Below the pieces are notes generated by a model. The model worked only from the letters and a program-made list of their open reading frames with translations, did not search any database and was not told the origin of the DNA. Of a DNA stretch of 64,000 bases, positions 30,985 to 43,671 are shown in pieces. The position numbers and the translations under genes are program-made. Location: NCBI GenBank assembly GCA_030526175.1, contig JAUNDJ010000001.1, positions 33,365 to 97,364 on the forward strand. Direction: 5' to 3'. The stretch comes from Bacillota bacterium (lineage in GTDB: Bacteria; Bacillota_I; Bacilli_A; Erysipelotrichales; Erysipelotrichaceae). Within the stretch, counting starts at the first letter, position 1. Each line of letters starts with the position of its first letter.

Positions 30985-33900
30985 ATGGCAACAATTCCAA
31001 GTGTGACATTAAGTAGTACTTCTGTATACACTGGTACACTCTCAGATTCTGGAGATTTATGCAACGCATATCAACCTCTCCAGAATTTGAGTGATACCAA
31101 TGGCGTATTAGGAGAATTTACTACTGAAGAATTAAAATTTGATTTAGAGCATCCTGTTGATATTCTACCTCAATATAGCTATGGTGGTGCTGTAAATCTT
31201 ATACTCAATGACGGAAAGAATGCTCCGAGATTAATTAACTCGAGATTCTCTGTTCAGAATGATACTAAGTATAAGATTCCAGAGCATTATGGATTCAAGG
31301 ATACTAATATCTATGATGAAAAAACATTTGACATTGATGTGAATTTAAAACCAATTCCTATCAATATTCCAAATGTAGAATTTGTAGGATTGCGCGAAAA
31401 TGCCGGTAATCTGAAGTGTGGTGCATATACCTTCTTCTTTAAGTTTGCGGACGCGGACGGAAATGAGACAGAAGTCATAGCAGAATCAGGTATGGTTTAT
31501 ATGCACATTGGCCGTTTAAATGATCCTAGCTCCATTCGCATGGGTATGTAGGATGAAAATACTAACAAGAGTATTCAGTTTAAACTCACCAATATCGATG
31601 CTGGATTTGATTACGTTCATGTTTTATTTGCTCGTAATTCATCTGGTAATGATATGATGTCTACAACTCAATTTCATAAAGTTGTATTTGATTATCCGGT
31701 TTGGAATCAAGAATGTAATATAACTATTACAGGTAATGAGGTTATTCTCGGAACTTCTGCACAAGAAGTTTATGTAGATTATGCTGATATTACTGCTGTT
31801 AAAACTCAAGAACTCCATAATAATATTCTTATGCTTGGAAACTGTACAAAGCCTGAGCATGATTGGGACGCACTTCGTAGAGCTGCTTGGAAAATTATTC
31901 CAAGTTATGGCCAAGAAGAAAATGTTGGAACATTAAATGCCCAATATGATAATAATGGAGTTACTGATCCTGAGACTGATTTCTGTTATTACAATACAAA
32001 AAATCTGTATTATCGAGTTGGTTATTGGCCAGACGAAATTTACAGATTCGGTATTATTTATATTTTTGAAGACAACAGTTTGAGTCCAGTGTTTAATATC
32101 CAGGGAGTTGATTTTCAACAATTAGATCCAACTTCGAACTGGAAGGAATTCTTCGAAACAAACGGACAAGAACACGAATTTGAACCTGACGATTATATCT
32201 TTAATAAGCAATACCGATTAAACTCTAGAGGTGTAATCAAATTTCCTAGGAAGTCAGTATTCAGAAGAACCAACGCAGGTATTATGACTCCAGCTCCTTT
32301 ATATATTGAGTTTGATTTATCTAAAATTGGTTATAAATCAACTGGATCTTCTAATACCCCTGAGTCTTTCTTTAAACAACATAAAATTAAAGGCTACTTC
32401 TTCGTACGTCAAACCAGAATTCCTACCATTTTAGGTCAAGGTATAATGGTTGGACTATCCGACAAAGATCGCGGTGCAGTTCCCGTAATTCAGAATTCGA
32501 ATAAATATACTATTCAATCCTTCTTAACTAAACAAGATAATGGAGATGATGATCCAGGAAGACTCTTGTTAGAAGAAGCCTCTGATATGGATATTGAAAA
32601 TAAGGGACAAATTTCTGTACAAGCAATGTTGATGCCTGAGGCAGAAATGTGCGAAGCAACATATAATCAGTTATTCGTTTCTAATGAATTTACACTGGAC
32701 GAAGTGGCTTCTTATAAATTTAAGTTTAGTGAAATTACACATACAAGTAATTTTGCAAAGTGTTATCCTTCTGAAAATAACACAGCTAAATATAAAGCTA
32801 AACTGCTAAATGTTGTTGAAGATACCAAGATTGCTACTAATGGGGATGATTATTTTTCAACATTAGCTGGCAGTGCATTTGAGCCTTTTAAAACATCAGA
32901 TATTGAAAAACGATGGAGATGGTCTTTTCCACAAGATCTTACTTTGAGTACTACATTGATTCGTGGATAGTGGGGTCCTTATATTGGTGTAAGTAAACCA
33001 GTTAATGATACGTCGGTTCCTTATTATTATGGTCAAGTTTTCAATGTAAAACAGGCTAATTATTATGATAACGAATCAGAGGCTACTGATTTAGATTTCC
33101 AAAGACGATTTACTACAATTGACGTTTATCATGCAATTGGAGATCGTTCAGAAATTTCTCAATTAAAGCCAAAATGTTATCGAGGTGACTGCTATACTTC
33201 TATGTTCACTCATAGAATGTTTAGAAACTTCATCGATCCGGAACTTCCTACAAATACTCAAATTGTAGATCCTTCTTGTTGGGATGAAAACTACGGTGTA
33301 AGATGTACTGCTGAAATTCTTAAACGTACTCACAGTAACTTAACTGCGGACAGTGCAGGTTGGGTAATTCCATCTACCGATTCATTTGATACAGCTACAT
33401 TTATAACATAGATTTTAACTGGAAATCTCATTGGCGCTATTTTGACCATTGCTTCATCAGATGAATCTGCAACTAAAACCAAAAAGAAGTATCAAAAAGA
33501 GATAGATGGTGACTACGAGAAAGCAAGAACATAGTCATATGAGTCTTCAGGACTTCAATCTATTACAATTGATAGTAAAGATTCAGAGCCAAACTATATA
33601 GTTACTCACTACGGAACTATCTCTACTGATAAAGATACATTTAGCGATACATCCAAATATGCGTTTAAAATTAAAAATGATACTAATTAGGATCTTAGAG
33701 TATATCTAACTCCAAACTTAGGAGAATCTGTCTCTGAAGTACTACCTATTAGTAGCGATTAGGAAGTTGTTGTGGATTTTAAAACAATTGCTGAGGATAC
33801 TTGGTATACTTATACAGATTCAGTGAGAAATATTCCATATTATATTAAGTTTATCAGTACTAAACTTGATGGCGATTGGGGAGATGATGTTGATGATGAA

Positions 33901-36573
33901 ATCAAACGTGACTATCCTTACGGAATGGCAAATGAGATTGTTCAAGCATTTGAAACCTATATTCCTGACACTGCTCGAAATTGGGCATCTAAAAAGAAGA
34001 AGAAAGTAAATCCTAAGGAACAAGAATCTACTTCTGGTGCTGGAGGCTTTAACTTAAAAGCTATTTTCAAATCTGATGATAACTGGAAGCTTAAAGGTTT
34101 ATCCAATATTAATCGTGCTGATGTTAATGCTGTAGGTTTAGGTCAATGGATCACATTCCCAATCTGTGGTGCACATAACTTCTCGATGCGTGATGTAGAC
34201 TTCTCTAATGCAACTGAAGAAGCTTCATTCGCAAGAAAAAGAGGATTCTATCCATTACGTAAGAAAGTTCTTCAGGATCCATTGAGAGATTCCAATGTGA
34301 TAAATCAGGCAACAGGTATTTCTATTCCAGATAAAGGATACAACGCAATGCCGGATGTTCCGTTTATTAAGCAAGAGTATTTCAATAGAATTTATAACTC
34401 ATTGATGGATTCCACTGAATCTATTACCAATGAGTTGAAAGTTATTTTTGAAAATGCTTATAAAGATTATACTAAACGATACGGTACTATTACTAAGCTT
34501 GTTTCGTTTAATAATAACGTATACATAATCTTTAAACACGGTATCGGAGTTTTGCAGTCTATTCCCGCAACGCAAGAAGTAAAGACTTTCTTACCTGAAT
34601 GCGCAATACTTAATGATATGTATGGATCTCTATGGAAAGATTCTGTTATTAAAACAGATAGAGCAATCTATGGTGTAGATTCTGTATCTAAATGTATTTG
34701 GCAAATTAGCGGCGACGGATAGCTTCAATTGATTTCTCCGATGAAAGTTGAGAAGTTCTTGATTGATAATCTCGACATGTCTGAATTCGAAGCATCCCCT
34801 TATGTAGGACACATCAACATTAAGAGTCATTATAATGCATTCAAACGTGATGTAATCTTCACTTATTATAATGATATTCCTGTTGACGCTGCTGGAGAGA
34901 GAATTTATTTATTAGGAGATAACTCGCAAGAAGCTGTCGATCTTGTAAATTCAATTGATCATTGGGAGCCTGGAAAATCCTGGTCATTATGTTGGCAAGA
35001 AGATTTGCAACAGTTTACAACCTTCTACGATTGGATTCCTTTAGAATCAGCTAACATTGATAATATTTGGTTTAGTTTCGATAGAGATCGAGCCAATGAA
35101 TTAAGTAGCTCTACTCAAATGGAATCTTCCGGAAGTGCTGTCGGATCTGACAGAGCAGGCAATTTCATTCCTACTTCATTGGTTGATTATACAGATCGCG
35201 ATTCTAAGAAGATCTTAATTGATAATGCATTTACAAATAAGTGTGAGACAGTTACAATTAAGGCTGCTTACGGATTGAATGCTCGATTCTTAATTTATTC
35301 TGGAACTGCTTCAAATCCGGATAAATTCCATTCAGTAAGTTTCTATTATAAGGCCATTAATCCAATTCCTGATCATACGACTCTTGAAGTTTATTTAAAA
35401 AATAATATTTCAAGTATGGCATCTATTACAGATATTACCAACACCGCAAATGATTTGGGAGGCTATTGCCATATATCTTTTATCAATACGTCAGATAAGT
35501 GGAATTTCTGCACTATCTTATTTAAGAGTTCTAAATCTTTCCAAGATTATGGATTAGTATTCGATAATCAACTAAATTCATCATATCAAATTGCTGATGT
35601 TCAGTTTAGAGAACTCGAAGATGATTCTCCTGCATTGGACTATTATAAATATCGAATTCTGAATGGATTTGATGATCCAGCTAATGTGACTAAATTCTAT
35701 CTCATTACAGATGGATTTGATACAATTGATCCTGATGCTAATAACAAAGAAAAATTGTTTACATTACGAGATTCTTCTAATTCATTGAAACTCTGGAAAC
35801 ATGGTCAAGCTGGTATTTATGATAATCAGCAGAAACTCAAACCAACGCATTGGTACGGCAAACAGCACGAATTCAATTTTGAATTCATTGCTAGAGAACA
35901 AGCTATGCACAAGATCTTCAATAACATGAAGATGATTTCTAATAAAGCTGAACCTATGAAATTTGAATTCGAAGTTGTCGGTGAAGTTTATGATTGGTAT
36001 GAATATAAAGCTGTAGTTCAGTGGATCAATGATCACTCTGATGACACTACTTTCGATTCACGATTCTTAGAAGTTTTAACTACTCCATATAAGACTCTTC
36101 TTGAAAGATATTATGATTTCCCAGAACTATTTGGTAGATCAGATTCTTATATTATCAAGAAACTCCCTTATTTGAAAGTAGTTTTAGCCGATAGAAAAGG
36201 AACAAAAGATCAAGACCAGTATTACTTGCAAGATCCAAAAGCAGACTCTTATAAAGATAATACTTCTGATACCACATTGGTATACGATGATTAGCTAAAT
36301 GAATATAGGGTACATACCGAGCAATTGGCAAATAATATAAAGAAATACGGAAGACTTCGAGGAAATATGCATTATCTGGAAGATTTGTGGGATATAGAGA
36401 TCCGACCAGTATCTTTCATTTATGCATATTCTGAAAACGGAACACTTCAATTTACTAAGCCTCAAGAGACTCGACTCAGAGATAAGTATATAAAAATTAA
36501 AGTACGTTATTCAGGTGAAGATTTAGCTGTTATTTCTGCTATAGCAACTATGTTTGATTACAGTTACGCGTAA
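30985..36573 (+). CDS. Muzzle / tail-stabilisation protein (1862 aa, 8 TAGs)
   Basis: Six track ORFs lie in one frame. Motifs NLILNDGKNAPRLINSRF, VGYWPDEIYRFGI, CYRGDCY, YGVDSV, FTTFYDWIP and C-terminal RDKYIKIKVRYSGEDLAVI...SYA. Confidence 0.8.
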
Positions 36574-36600
36574 TCAAGCATAGTTTGCTTGATTCATTTT
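36572..36600 (+). terminator. Hairpin directly after the muzzle gene (possible terminator)
   Basis: aatcaagca-tagtt-tgcttgatt then catttt. Confidence 0.45.
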
Positions 36601-36640
36601 ACTATTTCTAGTAAATCTATTTTATTTATTTAATTATCAG

Positions 36641-36672
36641 TAACTTTGTATGTTAAGTTAGAAAATTAAAAC
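36641..36672 (+). promoter_or_regulatory. Putative promoter for the cargo block
   Basis: TAACTTTGTATGTTAA...AATTAAAAC; includes the TAnnTTTG consensus. Confidence 0.4.
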
Positions 36673-36697
36673 TTTATAACGTTATAATTTATTAAGT

Positions 36698-37018
36698 ATG
36701 AAATTCAATTCAAAAGTACTCCGCTTCCAAGAAGGCGGTCCGATGCCTGCTGAAGATCCAGCAATGGCACAAGGTGGTGCTCCTGAAGGTGCACCAATGG
36801 GTCCTGAGGGTGCTCCTGCAGGTCCTGAAGGTCCAGAAGCTCAGTTACAGCAACTTGCTGGTGAGCTAGTAGACATGTTAATGCAGCAAATTGGAGATCC
36901 TCAAGCTGTTATGGCTATTCTTCAGATGGCTGCAGATATGGTAAGTCAGGCTGCTGGCGCAGGTGCTCCGGAACCAGCTTATCAACGTCAAGGTGGCAAA
37001 TTGGTTAGAGTTCGTTAA
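36698..37018 (+). CDS. Small Pro/Gly/Ala/Gln-rich cargo or internal virion protein (106 aa)
   Basis: RFQEGG N-terminus and YQRQGGKL C-terminus; followed by a terminator. Confidence 0.65.
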   Translation: MKFNSKVLRFQEGGPMPAEDPAMAQGGAPEGAPMGPEGAPAGPEGPEAQLQQLAGELVDMLMQQIGDPQAVMAILQMAADMVSQAAGAGAPEPAYQRQGGKLVRVR

Positions 37019-37038
37019 GAATACGCTTAACGTATTAT

Positions 37039-37068
37039 AAGGGGAAGCGTTAAAACTTCCCCTTTTTT
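37039..37068 (+). terminator. Rho-independent terminator
   Basis: aaggggaag-cgttaaaa-cttcccctttttt. Confidence 0.85.
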
Positions 37069-37092
37069 GTTACACTAATAAATATTAATACA

Positions 37093-40000
37093 ATGGATAA
37101 AGAACAAATTAAAATGATGCGAGAAGGATCTAAAGCAGACTACACTAATGCTAAAGCAGAGTATGAAGAAGCAAGACGCGCTGCAATAGAAGCTGGAGAT
37201 AATAAAACTTTGGATGCATTAAATAAATTAATAGACTCATCTAAAAATTACTCTTCGGCTAATCCTATGAATAATCGCAGTTAGAGACAGTATATGACTC
37301 AGCTCTATAGAAATGCCACATTATTAGCTTAGGGAAAACAGGATGAAGTATCTCCTAGCGGATTAAAAGCTACCCCTAACATATTCAATGGATATTCTAG
37401 TACTGAGAATAAAAATCAAGCAGACGATGTCCTTTATGATTTTGTTAAAAAGAATCAAAACAATTTTGGTGGATCTTCTGCATCCCAATCGGGGGCATCC
37501 GCTACTAGTAACATGCCTGCAGATGGTGATATTGCCTCGTTCGATTGGAAACGTGGATTAGAATGGGCAAATGAAGATACGCTCGAAGGAAGAATTGCTG
37601 TATATAGAGATCAACTAAAAGAAAATCTAGCTGATGCTCTTAGAAAGAAGCAAGCTGGATATCTTGTACAAACTGGACGTAACGTATCGATTGATAATTT
37701 TCAACATTATATTGATTTATTATCATCTATTGACGAAAAAGATCCTCAAGCACTAAACAAATTAAGTCAAGTAGCTAGATTATTTGACACCACCGCTAAA
37801 CACTGGCGTTCTTATTTTGAAAATTATCTACCAGGTGAAGATAAAACTACCAAAGCAATTAACAGTCTTAAAAAATCCGGATATGAGTTAGTTGATGGCG
37901 GAACTTATGGCGACGCTATTCAAAAAATCATCGATGAGAATGGATACAAGGTTGCAAAGAAAGGCAATAAGACATACTTAATTAATAGTGATTATTCCGG
38001 ACCTGTAGCTGATTCTGCTAAGATTTTCATGAACACTGACTGGAGAGATCCGGATAAAGAAGGATTCGGATATATTATTAGCGATGATGGATCTTTCATT
38101 GAGGGTAATTTATCAGATTATTATAATGATTCTCAAAGTCAATATTATAATAGACTTCGTCAATTTGTTGCAGATCAAAATAATGGTCAAAGAGCTATTT
38201 GGAAAACTTTTAATCGACTAACAGATTTATCGAAGTATGATATTATAAACAATAATGCAATAGCACTACACGATAGAAGCGTTGCTGATATGAGTGGATA
38301 TTTTGATACAGATACTCCTATTATTGCTACTATTGAAGGCGATGATTGGAATACAGCAAAATCAAGATATGGACATACCAAATTAGATGATTCCAGAATC
38401 ACTTATTATTGGGGAAATAAAAAAGGTACTTATCAAGAATTATTAAGGGATCTCCAAATTAATCCTAATTTAAATAAGCAAGATGGAAATAAAGGATATA
38501 CAAACTGGCAAAGCGCAGGAGTATCATTAAATGGATTAAATCCTAAAACCGAGGGATTTTGGACAAAAGACATTAATCGATATAATCAAGTTGGAAACTT
38601 TTTTTCAAACGATCATTATAATGCTGTAAATAAAAATCTTTGGACTAAGGATGACATTAAATCGGACTAGGATATTGTGAAAAATTCACAAGGAGTAGCT
38701 AGACTGTTAACTCAATTATTTGCAACGGATGATAATCAACTCACCGAACAACAAAGAAAAATTAAAAGACGTTGGTGGGATGAATATAGTATGGATGCAA
38801 TTTATTTGATTTCAGATCAGTTAAGAAAAAATCCTAGTTTATTTGCTGGAGATCATTATCTTGATTACATGAAAGCGTGGCACGCTATTTTAAAGGCATA
38901 TAGAAATAAACTTCCAGCTGCAGCATCAGTTGATCAAGATGTAGCTGTAAAGAAAGACGGAGGTATACTTAAAGCTGCTGAAGGAACTTATATTGATCTT
39001 CAAGGAAATTCTTATTAGAATCCTGAAAAAATTGGTAAATATGCTTCTGAAGTTAGAGAAAAATCTTCTAAATATTCATCTGAATTAAATAAACTCAACG
39101 AAAGAGCTTCGGAGAATGGAAGATCAACTTCTCAACAAAGAGAAATTGAACGAGACAAATGGACCTCTTCCGATACTCTAAGATGTACAGCATTAGCTAC
39201 CGATGTTGCAGGTTTAATCGCTGCTGTAGCTAGTCCGGCAACATCTGGAGTAGGTTCTTTAGTTGCAATTGGATCTGGTTTTGCATCAATGGCACAAGAT
39301 GCTGTTGCGGATTTTACCGACGATAAAGTTTCTACAGGTCAAGCTTGGAAAAATGTCGGAATTAATACTGGTTTAGCTTTAGGTGCTGCATTCGGCGCAA
39401 AAGGACCTAAATTGGTAGCAAGTGCGGCTAAATTGTTGCCAAGAGCAATGATGGCAATTGGTGCTGCTGGTATCGTATTGGATCCAGAAGTTCATAAAAC
39501 TACAGAAAAAATTGCTCAAGGTAAATCTCTAAATGTAAACGACTGGAAAAACTTAATCGTAGTTCTAAGAACTGCTGCCGGAATTGGTACAGTTGGAACT
39601 ATGAGTTACAAAGCAAGAAAAGCAAATACTCAGTATCTAGCTGATTATAAGAAAAATCTTAAGAAAGGTCTCGAATCTGTAAATTCTCAATTGGATCCTG
39701 ATATTAAATATGTCAGTGGCGCTAATGAAGGAGATGCTCCAATTGCTATTCATAAAGATATTTATGCTGAAGTAAATAAGAAGCTTAAGACTGGCAAAGA
39801 AGAGGACTTAAATGCAGCTATGGAATTGTTAACAAAGCCAAAAGCTGCTGACGGAGCTCCAGTACTCGATGGTGGTGCAGGTTTGTCATCAGCTCAAGCA
39901 GAAAGCATTATTAATAAAGTACCTATTAAACAATCCGCTTGGAAAAAACTAAGAGGAAAGTTTAGTAGTGAAGAGGCTCCTACAACTAAGTCTTTACGCG

Positions 40001-41607
40001 ATGCTTCTTTAGCACAATTGGATAAAGCAATCGGCACCGAAGATATTCGAGCTGCAGCAAGATTAAAAACTATCAGTGATATAAGAGGAGGAAAACCTGC
40101 TAATGCATTTGTTGATAGATATAATCCTTATTTAAATGCAGCATTAGGAGAAGCTAGAGCTTCAGGAAAGAATTACCGTTCAATTAGAGAGTTAGTTAGC
40201 AAAGAGACTGAAGTTGCTCCAGCATACGATATCTACAATCCGGCAATGCAAGATCCTACTGCAGCAGATACTTTAGCATTTAGAAGAGCTGCTGCTGGAG
40301 AATCAAGAGCTGCTGCTACAGCTACTGCTACCGCAGAAGGTTTGAGTGGAAAACAATCAACATATGACGCTTTAAGACAAAGAAATAGCAAGTGGCTTAA
40401 ATCTAAAGATGCTAAGATTAAAACAGCTGAACAGGATAAGACTACGTATCAAAACGAAATAGAAGCTATTCAGTCTAGAATGGAAGAGCAACTTAAAACT
40501 CTCGGCGAATACAATAAGAGTCATCGAGATGTTCAAAGCTTCCTATCTGAAAAAATTGATTTTAATGGCAAAAAGGTTTCTAGACGTGAAGTGTTAAAGC
40601 AACTTCAAAACTCTAAAACTCGTAACGACGCTGCGTTTGATGCACTTAGAACAAATGATAAAACTTTACTTGCTTCTATTGACCCTGAATTAGCTAAACT
40701 TCTCGATGTAGATAAGAAGACTGGACGCTCATATCTCGATTTAAATAACGAAATTGCAGCACGAAAGAAATCAGCTGATGCTAATTTTGCAGCATTAGAC
40801 GATTCCGTTAAAGCTAAATTTACTACTACTTCAAAAACTGGAAAAGTATCTCTTAAGAAAGGTGTTGCTGCTCCAAAAACAGCAACTTCAAAAGAGGGGC
40901 AGGCTTATAAAGTTATTCAAGAAAAGATTGCTGCTGATAAAGAAAAATTCTTTAATGATTCCGCATATGCAAAAATGATAAATTTGAGTGCGGAGAATAA
41001 AGCAATTTCAGCACAACACAGATCTATTAACAGTCAGTATAAAACTTTAGCTGACAAGGCTGCAAAAACTGCTTCAGCAAGAAAAGATTTAGGTATAAAA
41101 TATAGCAAAAATCAAAAAGCTTTAGCTGATCAAAAGAATAAGCTTCAAACCGTAGAGCAAAATCTTCAAAAACTTATAGACTCTAGAGAAAAAGAACTAA
41201 GTCGAAGAAAAACTGCAAGTAAGGTTTTACAAGAAAGTAAAAATAAAGTACAAGATGCAGCTAATGCTAAATGGAGATCTAAACTAGCAGAAAATAAACA
41301 TGAGCTACCTCCAACACGTGTTAATAAAACAGTTAAAGTTAATGGTTCTGATGTCGTAGTTCCAGCTGGTACAAAGATCAATTCTTATACTCATCTGAGA
41401 CCTGCAGATAAAGTAAAAGTAACGACTGAATTGAAAAATTCTAATCCTAATCTTAAAGAGGTTCCAAAAGAATCTGTTAAGAACATTTTAGATTCAGGTA
41501 CTTATTCTAGAATTACTAAAGCTGCAGTTGATACTACAACTGGTCAAGTAGTTGTAATGCGAAAAGGTGGAGATATAAATAATAAATATTCTCATTTAAG
41601 ACATTAA
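37093..41607 (+). CDS. Cargo/ejection protein with Gly/Ala-rich hydrophobic helices and a basic coiled coil (1504 aa, 4 TAGs)
   Basis: Four track ORFs in one frame (TAG 37282, 37330, 38668, 39016). Membrane-type segments at about 39190-39600. Confidence 0.7.
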
Positions 41608-41608
41608 C

Positions 41609-43666
41609 ATGGATAAAATGTACAATAAAGTCAGCCCCAGAAATGGGGTTGACTTTTCAAAGTTAAGAAAATATAGACCTGGAGGACAAATTCCTAAATT
41701 TCAAACTCCGGCGACAGAATTAAGATCTCTTTTTGAGGATTTTTATAAAAATAATTTGTCGCTTAAGAATTGGGATGAATCTTTGGATTATTCTAAGGCT
41801 GGACCAGATATCGTAGGAGGTGGAGATGTACATTCTTCCCAACATACAAAAGCTGGAAATATAGATGCTGCTTATGCTGGTAATGAAGCTTATATCGGCA
41901 ATAAAGATAGAATCGGTTCTGATATAAATTATTGGATTTCAGAATATAGAAAGAAAAATCCTACTGCTTCTATTCAACAAGCTGTTGATGCTTATAATCA
42001 GATGGCGGAATATATACGAACATATTAGCAACAAAGTCATGACTACGAACGTGATAGAAATGATGCTGTTGGAACTTTCAACGATAATTACTCTAATATG
42101 TTCAGATCAAGATCATTTAATCCATCTGGAGCTGTAGTGAAAAATGATTCAGCATATATCGGATTCGATCCTGATAGTAAAACTACATATGGTTCTTCGA
42201 CATTCTTACGAAGAATGGATATGTATGAAAAGGATTGGGATGCTTTAACTCCTGAAGAAAAACTTGCAAGAACTCACAATGTTTCGTGGGATCCTTCCGG
42301 AACAACTAATTATTAGGTTTATAAAAAAGCGAATGGCGATATTGCTCTTCTTCCAGATCCTAATGATCCTCCAGTCGATGAACCACCAGTAGAAGAACCT
42401 CCTGTACAAAAAAATCCACCAGAGCAAACTCCTCCTGGACAAGATGGTCCTTTTGAATCTGTAGACTATGCTGGAACCGATGGGTATAAATACAAGATCA
42501 GACCATTTACCCAGCCTATTGTTAATGGTATGATCGCTGCGGCGAATTCAGCAAACGCGATTAATCAATATAATCTTGATATGCAGAAAAAGGCTTTCTT
42601 GCCAGAAGATCCGCATCATGATTATAAAGTTACTAATGCGTATGCAAATCGAAGTGCAAATTTAAGATCGGCTAATGAGATGAAACAAGCTCTAACTGGA
42701 CGCCTTGGATCTGATTTAACAACTAATTTAAATGCACTTGCAAATGTTGACAATCAAATTCTCCAAACACAGTTAAAAAATAACGAATTAGGAGCTCAAG
42801 AATTCAATACCACTACACAGCAAGCACAAGCAGTTGCTAATGCCAATACTGATTATGGTGTCAAAGGATTTAATACTAGAGGTAGTATTTTAGCACAAGA
42901 AGAGGATTATAAAATTAATGCTAGAAAACAGTTACGTGACAAACTAACAGCTATTCGAACCAATAATTATGACGCAAACAATGTAGCTCATCAGCAATGG
43001 CTTCAAGGCGAACAGCTGGAAATGGATGCTGCTCAAGATCGAGAAAATCAATTGCATTATAATCAAGATTTGCGCAGAGCTTATTAGGATTATAATACAT
43101 TACGTAAAGGCATTGGATATGATTCATCTGTTTTAAGTCAACTTACCGCAGATTGGAGTGCTGCTGGGCGTAAAGGAGAATTACCTACAGATTTTGATAT
43201 TGAAGGTTATAATCTAGCTAGAAAAGATCCAGACAAATATAAACAGTTCCAGATTAATTGGCTAAAGATGAATGCCAATACGGAAGCTGGAAGAAAATAC
43301 TATAATTTGTGGCAATCTAATTTGGATGAAGCTGCTAATAAAGGATACGACCTTCAACTTGATGCTAAAGACCGATTGGATAGAACTTATCTAGGAAGAT
43401 TAAATACTTATAGTGGACAGGGATTCTTAGGATTCAGCCAGAGAAATTTTATTGGCAGATATGTCCCGCTTACCAAACAAGGAGGAATTTTATCTGCTAA
43501 ACAAAGTGCTAGATTCATAGATTATCTAGAACATAATAGAAAGATCTAGGAAGATTCGTTAAAAAGATATCAAAAAGCAACTCAATAGACTATTGATGTT
43601 TTGAAGAGGGATTTAGATGCTATTGATGATGAATCTTTATTTTTACTAAAAAATATTTTTAAATAA
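41609..43666 (+). CDS. Cargo protein (685 aa, 5 TAGs)
   Basis: Four ORFs in one frame, with TAGs at 42026, 42314, 43085, 43547 and 43586. Pro-rich linker and Asn/Gln/Ala-rich helices. Confidence 0.7.
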
Positions 43667-43671
43667 AATTT

